From Eledone cirrhosa (lineage: Eukaryota), in contig OZ024759.1 of assembly GCA_964016885.1 (NCBI GenBank), forward strand, positions 8,990,001-9,054,000: a stretch of DNA of 64,000 bases. The letters are read 5' to 3'. Below the pieces are notes generated by a model. That model saw nothing but the letters and a program-made list of their open reading frames with translations, was not told the origin of the DNA and ran no database searches. Positions within the stretch are counted from its first letter, which is position 1. Each line of letters opens with the position of its first letter. The position numbers and the translations under genes are program-made. This document shows, piece by piece, positions 11,780 through 25,314 of the stretch.

Positions 11780-12640
11780 GGTTGCACATGTCCATACCAA
11801 TGCAATCTCCTCTCCTGCGTGCAATAATTGATCCCTCTTATGCCCAATTTCTCACGCAGTGTATTTATACTTTGCCGTTCACATATATTGCTATTGCACA
11901 TCCAGCGAAACATGGAGGCATCATTTCTTTCCAATCTTCACAGGTCCTGTGCACACAGTGCCCACGTCTTGCTGCCGTGTAGCATTGTTGTTTGTATACA
12001 CGCATCATACAGTCTGCCTTTCATTTTGAGAGAAAAACCTTTTGTAGTTAGTAACGGTAGTAGCTCCCTGAGTTTTCTCACTCTGGTTACTGTGCTTTCA
12101 GAACACCCTCCCCACTTCTGATTTGGTCACCCAGGTAACGGAAACTATCTATCACTTCTACTGATCCCTCTGAGCATTTGAAGGTGATTGTAACCTGAGG
12201 GTTCTTGCTAGTTACTGCCCCTGTGCACCTACCACATGTTAAACCTACATTCTTTGTTAGCCTGCGTGAGATTCCACTACATCTCTTGTGTACCCATTGC
12301 TTGAATTTGGCACATAGAATGGAATTTCTACCTACTTGTTTTCTGCACACTGAGCAGGACCATTTCCCTGAGGGGATCTGGACCCTGTTATCCCTTCTAC
12401 TTACTAGGACTTTAGTCTTTGCCTGGTTGACTTTAAGACCTTTAGATTCTAGACCTTGCTTCCAGGTTTGGAATTTCATCTCTAGTTCAGCTATAGATTT
12501 GGCTGTAAGTGTCAGGTCATCAGCATACAGACATTCCCATGGGCAGCCGATCTTAAACTCCTCTGTTTGCCTGCAGAACAATAATAAACTTCACTATATT
12601 CATTGTTAATTCTAACCTTACTGACTGTTCTTCCATACAT
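11780..12640 (-). mobile_element. Degenerate RTE LINE fragment
   Basis: ORF 12087-12581: GCPWECLYADD...CSVC..CAKF..WVHKRC..CGRC..FRYLG. Confidence 0.85.
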
Positions 12641-12819
12641 TCAATACATGGTAAATTAGCGAACTAAATGCTTTCTACATTTTAATCATTTTTCTGGCCG
12701 TTTGTTTCATAGATTCTATTCTTTGTACCAAGGTGGTTTTTCAACCCTCGTAATTTTAAACACACATTTTTCTGTGTTTATTTCTACATATCATATTATA
12801 TATATACATATACATATAT

Positions 12820-13425
12820 ATCATCATCATCATCATCATCATTTTACGTCCGCTTTTCCCTGCTTGCAAGGGTGGGACGGGTCTTATTCAGCACAGCATC
12901 TCTCCACTCGTCACGGTCCCTCGTCATCTCCACCGTGAGCTTCAATGATCTGAGGTCTGTTCTCACCACCTCCGCCCATGTTTTTCGTGGTCTACCTCTA
13001 CCACGTCTTCCTTCAACTGGCATTTCCTGGCACTTCTTCACCCATCGGTCATCCTCCATGCGCATCACATGTCCATACCACCTCAGTCTCCTCTCCCGTA
13101 CACTACATTCTATCCCTCTCAGACACAGTTTCTCTCTCAACACATTTATGCTGGGTCGTTCACGCACATTTACACTGCACATCCAACGGAGCATGCTTGC
13201 CTCATTTCTCTCCAGCCGTCGCATATCTTCTGCGGTAGCTGCCCATGTCTCACTACCATGCAGCATCGCGCTCCTCACACAGGCATCATACAACCGGCCT
13301 TTCGTACGCAGGGAGAAACCCTTCTTTGTCAACAGAGGAAGCAGCTCCCTAAACTTCTTCCAACCCGTCCTTATTCTAGATACTATGGCCTCAGAACACC
13401 CTCCTCCCATGCTAATCTGATCTGA
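12820..13425 (-). mobile_element. RTE family B 3' fragment (young)
   Basis: Open ORF 12844-13410 ending ...PTLASREKRT, then an (ATG)n tail. Near-identical to 57334-57962. Confidence 0.92.
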
Positions 13426-13595
13426 ATAACTTACCTATATATATATATATATATCTTGCAAGCAGGGAAAAGCGGACGTAAAATGATGATGATGATGATG
13501 ATGATGATATATATATATATATAGGTAAGTTATTCCGGGTTGAATCGGAGGTAACCACAAAAAAAAAAAATATATATATATATAAATATATACCC

Positions 13596-13635
<40 letters not shown>

Positions 13636-13638
<3 letters not shown>

Positions 13639-14053
13639 AAAGTTTTATTTAAAATTGTTGGGATACAACAAGTAAATATTTTATAACTGATATAAAGCAC
13701 TCGACAAGTTTTTGGAGTAGATATACGATATTAAATAAATGGAAACTATATTTATAAAACCATATTTATTTCATTATACATATTTCAGGGATACCAAATT
13801 AAAATATGGCATGCCTTCATCAGATAAAATACAATATATAAACAGTTTTATAAATAATTTTGACGTACCCTATCCAGACAGCTTCCAAAAATAATGGTCG
13901 CTTCTAATAGGGTACGTCAAAATTATTTATAAAACTGTTTATATATTGTATTTTATCTGACGAAGGCATGCCATATTTTAATTTGGTATCCCTGAAATAT
14001 GTATAATGAAATAAATATGGTTTTATAAATATAGTTTCCATTTATTTAATATC

Positions 14054-14058
<5 letters not shown>
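13636..14058. mobile_element. Fold-back element (pLTR family 1), second copy
   Basis: Extension 13636-13722; arms about 13723-13873 and 13907-14058. Hammerhead motifs at 13768-13830(-) and 13950-14012(+). Confidence 0.8.
13950..14012 (+). ncRNA. Minimal type I hammerhead motif (family 1); mirror copy at 13768-13830(-)
   Basis: AUUUUAU CUGACGA AGG.GCCA..UGGU.CCU GAAA UAUGUA UA AUGAAAU. Confidence 0.62.
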
Positions 14059-14839
<781 letters not shown>

Positions 14840-15078
14840 GAAGTTATATTTAATTTGTTGGGATTCAACAAGCTTAAACATTTTTATAACTGCTATAAAG
14901 CACTCAACGAGTTAGTGGAGTAAATACACAATATATTAATAAATATGGTTTTATAAATATGGTTTCCATTTATTAATATATTGTATATATATATATATAA
15001 CCCATGCTAACATGGAAGATCGACGTTAATCGATGATGATGATGATGATGATATATATGATATTTTTAATTTCTGCAG

Positions 15079-15313
15079 ATATTTCACAGTCGAGAGTATG
15101 TCAGGAGTGATAAAAACGAAACAGAAATTTGACCAGCCTTTAACATATTCCTTTGCCGTCCAAGCATTTGACAGTAACAAAAATGATGGAGTCGCACTGG
15201 TCATTATTAATGTCACCGATATCAACAACAACCCACCAAAATTCCAGGAAAAGCTGTTTAATACCACAATCACAGAAAACAACATGTGTACCGACCCCAT
15301 ATACAAACCAGTG
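15079..15313 (+). CDS. Cadherin exon 3 (phase 2-0)
   Basis: ctgcag|A TAT TTC. Encodes YFTVESMSGVIKTKQKFD...AVQAFD...NVTDINNNPPKF...ITENN...PV. Donor GTG|gtgcgc is weak; an in-frame alternative GT lies after 15310. Confidence 0.87.
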
Positions 15314-15324
15314 GTGCGCACATC

Positions 15325-15363
<39 letters not shown>

Positions 15364-15600
15364 AGGGCGGTGGATTGGCGGCAGTATCGGTAGAGGGTCG
15401 GACACCATGTTAGGGTGGTGGATTGGCAGTATCGGTAGAGGGTCGGACGCCATGCTTTCCAGCATAGTTACGGCCCTTTACGATCTGAGTTCAAATCCCG
15501 CCGAGGTTGACTTTGCCTTTCATCCTTACGGGGTCGATAAAATAAAGTACCAGTAATACACTGGGTAATTGCTGGCCTTGTGCCTAAAGTAGAAACAATT
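15364..15600 (+). mobile_element. SINE family 2 (with duplicated head)
   Basis: ggattggc..gtatcggtagagggtcggac twice, B box gagttcaaatcc, conserved gcctttcatccttacggggtcgataaa, (TTA)n. Confidence 0.8.
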
Positions 15601-15627
15601 ATTATTATTATTATTATTATTATTATT

Positions 15628-15969
15628 GTTGTTCTTTGAGTCTCAGTCATTGATGTTAGTTAACTGGAAAGTCCGTTGGAATGAAATATCAAGCCACTAC
15701 CTGCAGCCTCAGATATTCAGGACGTATCGGAGGGTTCTTGCTGTTCCCAGCAAGCATGTCTTTTGAAGCGTTCCAAAAAGCGGGGCGGGGCCAATTTTCT
15801 TTAACCATCCCTGGAAACTTTTGGAGATAGTCCCTAGTGCGCCTATGACAATCGGGATCACTTTGACTTCATGGCAGTTCCAAATACTTTTTACCTCCCA
15901 CTTTAAGTCCTGGTATCGGTTCATTTTCTCCCTCTCCTTCTCTTGCACTCTCGTGTTGAATGGGCAGGC

Positions 15970-16006
<37 letters not shown>

Positions 16007-16665
16007 TTCTTGGAATTTCAGTCATTGATGTTATTTAACTGGAAAGTTTGTTCAAATGGACATCAAGCCGCTACCTGCAGCCTCAGATATTCAGGATGTT
16101 TCAGAGGGTTCTTGCTGTTCCCAGCAAGTATGTCTTTTGAAGTGTTCCAGAAAAGGGGGCTGGACTAATGTTCTTTAACCATCCTTGAAAACACTTTGAG
16201 ATAGTACCTAGTGTTCCTATGACAATCGGGGCGACCTTTATCTCATGACAGTTGCAAATTCCCACTTTAAATCCTGGTGTCGGTTAATTTTCTCCTTCTC
16301 CTCTTCTTGTATTCTTGTGTCAAAGGGGCAAGCTACATCTACAATCAGGCACAATCTTTTTACCTCATCAAAAACCACCAGGTCAGGCCTATTGTGTTCT
16401 AATTTCTTGTCTGTCTGTATCCTTCCTACAGCACTTCCACTTGATTGTTTTCTATCACCAACTCTGGTTTATGCTCATACCACTTCTCAGAATGTGGTAA
16501 GTTGTTTAGGTTGCATAACTGCCAGTGGATTACCTTTCCTATTATATTGTGTCTCCAGCCTTTGTAGTGAGTCTGGGCTAGGTGTTTACACTCGGATATG
16601 ACGTCAGCCACAGTGTCACCCCCCCCCCCCCCCCCTCTCTCCACAGATCCTACACAGTGAGCTAG
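15628..16665 (-). mobile_element. Two tandem 3' fragments of an R4/Dong-type LINE (restriction-like endonuclease)
   Basis: CRIC..TVAD..SEC..RHN..RPD..DVACPFD..EK..RYQDLKWE..VIPIVIGALG..LQK.CLLGTARTLR. The two fragments are separated by (TTA)n. Confidence 0.82.
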
Positions 16666-16671
16666 CCTCTC

Positions 16672-19085
16672 AGTGTACCTGTTGTGATTGCTACAGTATA
16701 CCTGTTGTGATTGCTGCAGTATATCTGTTGTGATTGCTACAGTAAACCTGTTGTGATTGCTACAGTATACCTGTTGTGATTGCTGCAGTATATCTGTTGT
16801 GATTGCTACAGTATACCTGTTGTGATTGCTACAGTATATCTGTTGTGATTGCTACAGTATATCTGATGTGATTGCTACAGTATACCTGTTGTGATTGCTG
16901 CAGTATATCTGTTGTGATTGCTACAGTATACCTGTTGTGATTGCTGCAGTATATCTGTTGTGATTGCTACAGTAAACCTGTTGTGATTGCTACAGTATAC
17001 CTGTTGTGATTGCTGCAGTATATCTGTTGTGATTGCTACAGTATATCTGTTGTGATTGCTGCAGTATATCTGTTGTGATTGCTACAGTATATCTGTTGTG
17101 ATTGCTACAGTATATCTGCTGTGATTGCTACAGTATACCTGTTGTGATTGATGCAGTATATCTGTTGTGATTGCTACAGTATATCTGTTGTGATTGCTAC
17201 AGTATATCTGTTGTGATTGCTACAGTATACCTGTTGTGATTGCTACAGTATATCTGTTGTGATTGCTACAGTATACCTGTTGCGATTGTTACAGTATATC
17301 TGATGTGAAGGCTACAATATATCTGTTGTGATTGCTACAGTAAATTTGATCTGATTGCTACAGTATATCTGTTGTGATTGCTACAGTATATCTGATGTGA
17401 TTGCTACAGTATATCTGTTGTGATTGCTACAGTATATCTGATGTGATTGCTACAGTATATCTGTTGTGATTGCTACAGTATATCTGCTGTGATTGCTACA
17501 ATATATCTGTTGTGATTGCTACAGTAAATTTTATCTGATTGCTACAGTATATCTGCTGTGATTGCTACAGTATATCTGCTGTGATTGCTACAGTAAATCT
17601 GATGTGAAGGCTACAGTATATCTGCTGTGATTGCTACAGTATACCTGTTGTGATTGCTACAGTAAATCTGATGTGAAGGCTACAGTATATCTGCTGTGAT
17701 TGCTACAGTATACCTGTTGTGATTGCTACAGTATATCTGCTGTGATTGCTACAGTATGTCTGTTGTGATTGCTACAGTATATCTGTTGTGATTGCTACAG
17801 TATATCTGTTGTGATTGCTACAGTATATCTGTTGTGATTGCTACAGTATATCTGCTGTGATTGCTACATTAAATCTGTTGTGATTGCTACAGTAAATTTG
17901 ATCTGATTGCTACAGCATATCTGCTGTGATTGCTACAGTATATCTGCTCTGATTGCTACAGTATATCTGCTGTGATTGCTACAGTAAATCTGTTGTGATT
18001 GCTACAGTAAATCTGATCTGATTGCTACAGTATATCTGTTGTGATTGCTACAGTATATCTGCTGTGATTGCTACAGTATATCTGCTGTGATTGCTACAGT
18101 ATGTCTGTTGTGATTGCTACAGTATATCTGTTGTGATTGCTACAGTATATCTGTTGTGATTGCTACAGTATATCTGTTGTGATTGCTACAGTATATCTGC
18201 TGTGATTGCTACATTAAATCTGTTGTGATTGCTACAGTAAATTTGATCTGATTGCTACAGCATATCTGCTCTGATTGCTACAGTATATCTGCTGTGATTG
18301 CTACAGTATATCTGCTGTGTTTGCTACAGTATACCTGTTGTGATTGCTACAGTATATCTGTTGTGATTGCTACAGTATATCTGCTGTGATTGCTACAGTA
18401 TATCTGCTGTGATTGCTACAGTATATCTGCTGTGATTGCTACAGTATATCTGCTGTGATTGCTACAGTATATCTGCTGTGATTGCTACAGTATATCTGCT
18501 GTGTTTGCTACAGTATATCTGCTGTGATTGCTACAGTATATCTGCTGTGATTGCTACAGTATATCTGTTGTGATTGCTACAGTATATCTGCTGTGTTTGC
18601 TACAGTATATCTGCTGTGTTTGCTACAGTATATCTGCTGTGTTTGCTACAGTATATCTGTTGTGTTTGCTACAGTATATCTGCTGTGATTGCTACAGTAT
18701 ATCTGCTGTGATTGCTACAGTATATCTGCTGTGTTTGCTACAGTATATCTGCTGTGATTGCTACAGTATATCTGCTGTGATTGCTACAGTATATCTGTTG
18801 TGATTGCTACAGTATATCTGCTGTGTTTGCTACAGTATATCTGCTGTGTTTGCTACAGTATATCTGTTGTGTTTGCTACAGTATATCTGTTGTGATTGCT
18901 ACAGTATATCTGCTGTGATTGCGACAGTATATCTGCTGTGATTGCTACAGTATATCTGCTGTGATTGCTACAGTATATCTGCTGTGATTGCTACAGTATA
19001 TCTGTTGTGATTGCTACAGTAAATTTGATCTGATTGCTACAGTATATCTGCTGTGATTGCTACAGTATATCTGCTGTGATTGCTA
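16672..19085. repeat. 23-bp minisatellite (cagtatatctgytgtgattgcta), about 105 copies
   Basis: Direct reading. Confidence 0.95.
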
Positions 19086-19099
19086 TTAAACAACATCAC

Positions 19100-19605
19100 A
19101 TATGAAAAGTTGACGGGAGGAAAATTAAACCTGGAAAAGTCAGTGATTTGCAGCTCAGCACGTGGTGAGGCAAATCCATGCCATCCAATAGTATTGTTGG
19201 ACACAGGATGGAGGGACAGGTGAAGTTGCTCAGGGTTTGGTTCGGACCCAACCTCCAGGTGAACTGGGATGAAGCAGGGCTGCCACTCTCACTTAGAAAT
19301 GGGCCAAGAGGAAGTTATCCCTGAAAGGTCTGGCAGACTTTCGGCCGGTTTTCAGAGATGGATTGTTGCTATGCACAGTGAAATCTGTTCTGTTGTAACA
19401 GTGAACGTTCACCTCTCGGAACTGTTCAGTGTCATGCGCTCAGTTCACCAAAGCTGTTCCCTTTCATTCCTCTTGTATGTATTGATTCTCGAGCCCCTGC
19501 TACACAAATTAGAGACATTGATAGGCAGCCTGTCTGAACTAGGACATCCAACGATGTCACAGTTGTAGTGTCGAACACCAAACACATTGAGGTGATCGGC
19601 ACTCT
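19100..19605 (+). mobile_element. Highly degenerate L1/Tx1-like RT fragments
   Basis: GGKLNLEKS, VWFGPNL and SVHQSCSLSFLLYVLILEPLLHKL (a decayed QG-box). Confidence 0.5.
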
Positions 19606-19611
19606 CGTGTA

Positions 19612-19805
19612 AATAATTGTTTCTATTTTAGGCACAATGGCCAGCAATTTCCATCAGTACATCACTGGTACTTTATTTTATCGACCCCGTAAGGATGAAA
19701 GGCAAAGTTAACCTCAGCGGGATTTGAACTCAGATCATAAAGGGACGTAACTCTGTGCTTCAAAGCATGGTGTCCGACTCTCTACCGATACTGCCAACCC
19801 ACCGT
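19612..19805 (-). mobile_element. SINE family 2
   Basis: Reverse complement of the 15415-15600 sequence. Confidence 0.8.
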
Positions 19806-20879
19806 AAATAATGAACAGGAGAGGTGACAGTATGCACCATTGTCAGAGTCCGACTTCCACATTGAATGGTTTCAATTTAGCACTATTTATCCGAACACAA
19901 ATACTTGGGCATTTGTATAAAGACATCAGGGCAGCAAGAAACTGTCCATCGATCCCATATGCCTGCACAGCCTTCCGCAGCAGGTCTTGAGGAATGCGGT
20001 CATATGCCTTTTAAAGGTCGACAAAACAAGATACTCCCACAATTTCTTGTAAACCTGCTGCAGTGTGAATATTTGGTCGGCTGTGCTGTATCTGGTGTGA
20101 AAACCACACTGCTCGTCAGCTAGCTTGGACTCAACAATCTCCCTGCATCTCTTTGCCAGACACTTATAGACACCATAGACTTTACTGGGGAGGTTTCACT
20201 TGAGGAGGAAAATAAGGGTAGAGAGTGAAGTGTTGTCTTGAAAGCAATTTGTTGAAAGGTGGGTGGGAGAGGTGAGCATGGCCTGAGTGAATGGGCCCAC
20301 TCTGAGTGTGAGCATATAGATTGGAGGAGTACAACTGGGACAGGGCACTTACCCTAAAGATCAGGGCATCCATGGTTTTATGGGGTTTTTTCCATGAATG
20401 ACCCTCAAACGTCTCCTCCCTATTGGGGAACCTTCTTTGTTTTAGTTTTATTATCTTCTATTTTTAACATGGTTACACACAAAACCCACACATGAACACA
20501 CACACACATACACAGACACACACACACATGAACACACATACACACACACACATACACACACACATGAACACACATACACACACACACATACACACACACA
20601 TGAACACACATACACAGGCACATACTATGTTTTCATCCTGTACTGTTATTCTTGAAACACTTTGTGGGTAATTATTATTTTTATTGCACATCATTACTGC
20701 TTTACCGAGCACAGCTCTGTGGGCCTTGGGTATGTGCAGTGTAGTTTTTACTGGTGCTGTTTCTATTGTATTGATAGTACTTTTCATAATATGTGTGCAG
20801 TGCCTAGTAGTGCTATCTTTTGTATGGTGAGTGGGGCTACTCTGATAATGAACCTGTAGGCTGGTGATTTTGAGGAGGA

Positions 20880-21482
20880 GAGGGGTGCCCGCGAAGCGTC
20901 GGGTGGTGCAGGATTGGTTGGGTACCTGGATCAACCCTGGGTGGTTATCAAGGAGCGGGTTACCCTTCTTGGGTGCCCCCAAATATCGGGTGGTGCAGGA
21001 TTGGTGGGGTACCTGGATCAACCCTGGGTGGTTATCAAGGAGCGGGTTACCCTTCTGGGTGCCCTCGAAGCGTTGGGTGGTTTAGGATTGGTTGGGTACC
21101 TAGATCAACCCTGGGTGGTTATCAAGGAGCGGGTTACCCTTCCTGGGTGCCCTCGAATATCGGGTGGTGCAGGATTGGTGGGGTGCCTGGATCAACCCTG
21201 GGTGGTTATCAAGGAGCGGGTTACCCTTCCTGGGTGCCCTCGAAGCGTCGGGTGGTTCAGGATTGGTTGGGTACCTGGATCAACCCTGGGTGGTTATCAA
21301 GGAGAGGGTTACCCTTCCCGGGTGCCCCCGAATATCGGGTGGTTCAGGATTGGTTGGGTACCTGGATCAACCCTGGGTGGTTATCAAGGAGAGGGTTACC
21401 CTTCCCGGGTGCCCTCGAAGCGTCGGGTGGTTTAGGATTGGTTGGGTACCTGGATCAACCCTGGGTGGTTATCAAGGAGAGG
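20880..21482. repeat. ~88-bp GC-rich minisatellite, about 7 copies
   Basis: Unit contains ggattggttgggtacctggatcaaccctgggtggttatcaagga. Confidence 0.92.
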
Positions 21483-21651
21483 GTCCCCCCCCTATTGGGG
21501 AATTGTCATTGTTGTATTTTTCTTGTTTATTGTTTTCCTATTTTTTACTCAATTTTTGTGCGAAACCCCCACTGTCCCCTTCTATTGTATTGTCCCCTAT
21601 ATGTCGGCCCTTGTGGCCAATAAATGAAGCCATTATTATTATTATTATTGA

Positions 21652-21683
<32 letters not shown>

Positions 21684-21684
<1 letters not shown>

Positions 21685-21875
21685 GGGCGGTGGATTGGCA
21701 GTATCGGTAGAGGGACTGACGCCATGCTTTGCAGCAAAGAGTTACGACCCTTTATGGTCTGAGTTCAAATCCCGCCGAGGTTAACTTTGCCTTTCATCCT
21801 TACGGGGTCGATAAAATATAGTACCAGTAATGTACTGGGATAATTGTTGGCCTTGTGCCAAACGTAGAAACAATT
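21684..21875 (+). mobile_element. SINE family 2
   Basis: Full head, B box and central domain, between (TTA)n tracts. Confidence 0.8.
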
Positions 21876-21887
21876 ATTATTATTATT

Positions 21888-22205
21888 GTTCTTTGAGTCT
21901 CAGTCATTGATGTTATTTAACTGGAAACTCTGTTGAAATGAATATCAAGCCACTACCTGCAGCCTCAGATATTCAGGACGTATCGGAGGGTTCTTGCTGT
22001 TCCCAGCAAGCATGCCTTTTGAAGTGTTCCAAAAAGCGGGGCTGGACTAATCTTCTTTAACCATACTTGGAAACTCCTTGAGATAGTACCTAGTGTCCCT
22101 ATGACAATCGGGACAACCTTGATTTCATGGCAGTTCCAAATCCTTTTTACCTCCCACTTTAAGTCCTGGTATCGGTTCATTTTCTCCCTCTCCTTTTCTT
22201 GCACT
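21888..22205 (-). mobile_element. R4/Dong-type LINE 3' fragment in (TAA)n
   Basis: VQEKEREKMNRYQDLKWE...LLGTARTLRYVLNI plus 3'UTR, with (TTA)n on both sides. Confidence 0.82.
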
Positions 22206-22237
22206 ATTATTATTATTATTATTATTATTATTTGCAG

Positions 22238-22450
22238 GCAACTGACGAAGATATATATCCTGAGAATCAAGACAATATCTTCAAAACTAGCCACAAACAT
22301 TTTGAAATTAAAAACAATGATCTCTACATGAGGAAAGGTTCCTGCAGCGATGAAAGCCTTTTGGAGAAACACGTCAAAGTTGATATTGAAGTTTCAGATA
22401 GAAATAAACCTTCTTTCCACGACACCATGACTGTAGACATTTATTTTAAG
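22238..22450 (+). CDS. Cadherin exon 4 (phase 0-0)
   Basis: ttgcag|GCA ... AAG|gtaagg. Encodes ATDEDIYPENQ...IEVSDRNKPSFHDTMTVDIYFK. Confidence 0.88.
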
Positions 22451-22465
22451 GTAAGGACATACATT

Positions 22466-22900
22466 GCTGTTGTTGTTGTTGTTGTTGTTGTTGTCATCAT
22501 CGTCATTGTTGTTGTTGTTGATGGTGGTGGTGGTGTTGTTGTTGTTGTTGTTGTTATTGGTTGTGGTGGTGGTGTTTGTGGTGTTGTTATCAACCACATG
22601 CCAGCCACATGGAAACTACATGGCAACCATGTGGCAACTATGGCAACCACATGGCAGCTACATGGAAGCCACATGGAAGCCAGATGGCAGCCATGCGGCA
22701 ACTATATGGCAGCCACATGGCAACTATGTGGCAAGCAAATGGCAGCCACATGGCAGCCACGTGGCAACTATATGGCAGCCACATGGCAACTATGTGGCAA
22801 CCACATGGAAGCCACATGGCAATTATATGGCAGCCACATGGCAACTATGTGGAAATCACATGGCAGCCGCATGGCACCCCATGGAAGCCACATGGCAACT
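22466..22900. repeat. (GTT/GGT)n followed by ~11-bp-based repeat (gcagccacatg/gcaactatatg)
   Basis: Direct reading. Confidence 0.88.
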
Positions 22901-23098
22901 TCCATTGTTCTTGGATTGCTACTTCATGTTTTGACCCCCAAAAGGATGAAAGACAAAGTTGACTTCCCTGGGATTTAAACTCAGAATGGAAGGAGCCAAC
23001 ACCAAAGTTCTAATGATCCTCCTTATTGGTTCTTCTCGTTAATTTGTTATTAATAATTATAAAGTTGTTGGGTTTTTGTTTTGTTTTTTTACCACTAG

Positions 23099-23190
23099 GA
23101 TATCAATAACCACATACCTAAGTTTGCATCTGTTTCAAATAAGCTTTTAGTGGTAGATGAAAACACACCTGTTGGCTTGTCTTTATACAG
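23099..23190 (+). CDS. Cadherin exon 5 (phase 0-2)
   Basis: cactag|GAT ... AG|gtaaga. Encodes DINNHIPKFASVSNKLLVVDENTPVGLSLY(R). Confidence 0.9.
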
Positions 23191-23336
23191 GTAAGACATT
23201 GTATTGTTCTCTCGATCACACCTTCATCTTTTCATTAGACCTCTCAGACCAGGGCCCTCTCTCTCACTTTACCCCCCACCAGGGCCTCTCTCTCTCACTT
23301 TACCCTCCACCAGACCCCTGTCTAACTTTACTCTCC

Positions 23337-25076
23337 ATGGTAATGAAAGGGTTAATGACATAGACAGTGTCTTTCATTAGAAATATGGTAATGAAAGGGT
23401 TAATGACATAGACAGTGTCTTTCATTAGAAATATGGTAATGAAAGGGTTAATGACATAGACAGTGTCTTTCATTAGAAATATGGTAATGGAAGGGTTAAT
23501 GACATAGACAGTGTCTTTCATTAGAAATATGGTAATAGAAGGGTTAATGACATAGACAGGGTCTTTCATTAGAAATATGGTAATGGAAGGGTTAATGACA
23601 TAGACAGTGTCTTTCATTAGAAATATGGTAATGGAAGGGTTAATGACATAGACAGTATCTTTCATTAGAAATATGGTAATAGAAGGGTTAATGACATAGA
23701 CAGTGTCTTTCATTAGAAATATGGTAATAGAAGGGTTAATGACATAGACAGGGTCTTTCATTAGAAATATGGTAATGGAAGGGTTAATGACATAGACAGT
23801 GTCTTTCATTAGAAATATGGTAATGAAAGGGTTAATGACATAGACAGGGTCTTTCATTAGAAAAATGGTAATGGAAGGGTTAATGACATAGACAGTGTCT
23901 TTCATTAGAAATATGGTAATGAAAGGGTTAATGACATAGACAGTGTCTTTCATTAGAAATATGATAATGAAAGGGTTAATGACATAGGTAGTGTCTTTCA
24001 TTAGAAATATGATAATGAAATGGTTAATGACATAGACAGTGTCTTTCATTTGAAATATGGTAATGGAAGGGTTAATGACATAGACAGTGTCTTTCATTAG
24101 AAATATGGTAATGAAAGGGTTAATGACATAGAGAGTGTCTTTCATTAGAAATATGGTAATGAAAGGGTTAATGACATAGACAGTATCTTTCATGAGAAAT
24201 ATGGTAATGAAAGGGTTAATGACATAGACAGTGTCTTTCATTAGAAATATGGTAATGAAAGGGTTAATGACATAGACAGTATCTTTCATTAGAAATATGG
24301 TAATGGAATGGTTAATGACATAGGTAGTGTCTTTTATTAGAAATATGGTAATGGAAGGGTTAATGACATAGACAGTGTCTTTCATTAGAAATATGATAAT
24401 GGAAGGGTTAATGACATAGACAGTGTCTTTTATTAGAAATATGGTAATGAAGGGGTTAATGACATAGACAGTGTCTTTCATTAGAAATATGATAATGGAA
24501 GGGTTAATGACATAGACAGTGTCTTTTATTAGAAATATGGTAATGAAGGGGTTAATGACATAGACAGTGTGCTTCATTAGAAATATGGTAATGAAAGGGT
24601 TAATGACATAGACAGTATCTTTCATTAGAAATATGGTAATGGAATGGTTAATGACATAGGTAGTGTCTTTTATTAGATATATGGTAATGAAGGGGTTAAT
24701 GACATAGACAGTGTCTTTCATTAGAAATATGGTAATAGAAGGGTTAATGACATAGACAGGGTCTTTCATTAGAAATATGGTAATGGAAGGGGTTAATGAC
24801 ATAGACAGTGTCTTTCATTAGAAATATGGTAATGGAAGGCTTAATGACATAGGTAGTGTCTTTCATTAGAAATATGGTAATGGAAGGGTTAATGACATAG
24901 ACAGTGTGTTTCATTAGAAATATGGTAATGGAAGGGTTAATGACATAGACAGTGTCTTTCATTAGAAATATGATAATGGAAGGGTTAATGACAGACAGTA
25001 TCTTTCATTAGAAATATGGTAATGAAAGGGTTAATGACATAGACTGTGTCTTTCATTAGAAATATGGTAATGAAAT
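23337..25076. repeat. 48-bp minisatellite, about 36 copies
   Basis: Unit atggtaatgaaagggttaatgacatagacagtgtctttcattagaaat. Confidence 0.95.
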
Positions 25077-25102
25077 GTCTTTTCTCCCTATTTTTTTTCC
25101 AG

Positions 25103-25277
25103 GTTCACAACAGTCGACCAAGACATATCCTACATCAACCGTTTGACCAAGTTTTCAATGAGGGACCAAAATCCCAACGAAGACAAGATCCGTGTTGATC
25201 CTATCACTGGTGTTCTGTATTTGAATAAACCCTTGGACTATGACAGACCAAATGATGACAGGAATATTACTTTTAAA
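25103..25277 (+). CDS. Cadherin exon 6 (phase 2-0)
   Basis: ttccag|G ... AAA|gtaaga. Encodes FTTVDQD...RVDPITGVLYLNKPLDYDRPNDDRNITFK (LDYD motif). Confidence 0.9.
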
Positions 25278-25314
25278 GTAAGAATCACAGTAATGTCTTT
25301 ATTGGGTGTTCATG

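Noticed and set aside
20880-21482. CRISPR-like regular repeats (also 25315-30645 and 44805-45837)
   Set aside because: Units are head-to-tail with no unique spacers, there are no cas genes, and the context is a eukaryotic intron.
22199-22978. 259-aa ORF extending exon 4 through poly-V and ATWQ repeats
   Set aside because: A strong donor at 22450/22451 and in-phase continuation in exon 5. The remainder is simple repeat.
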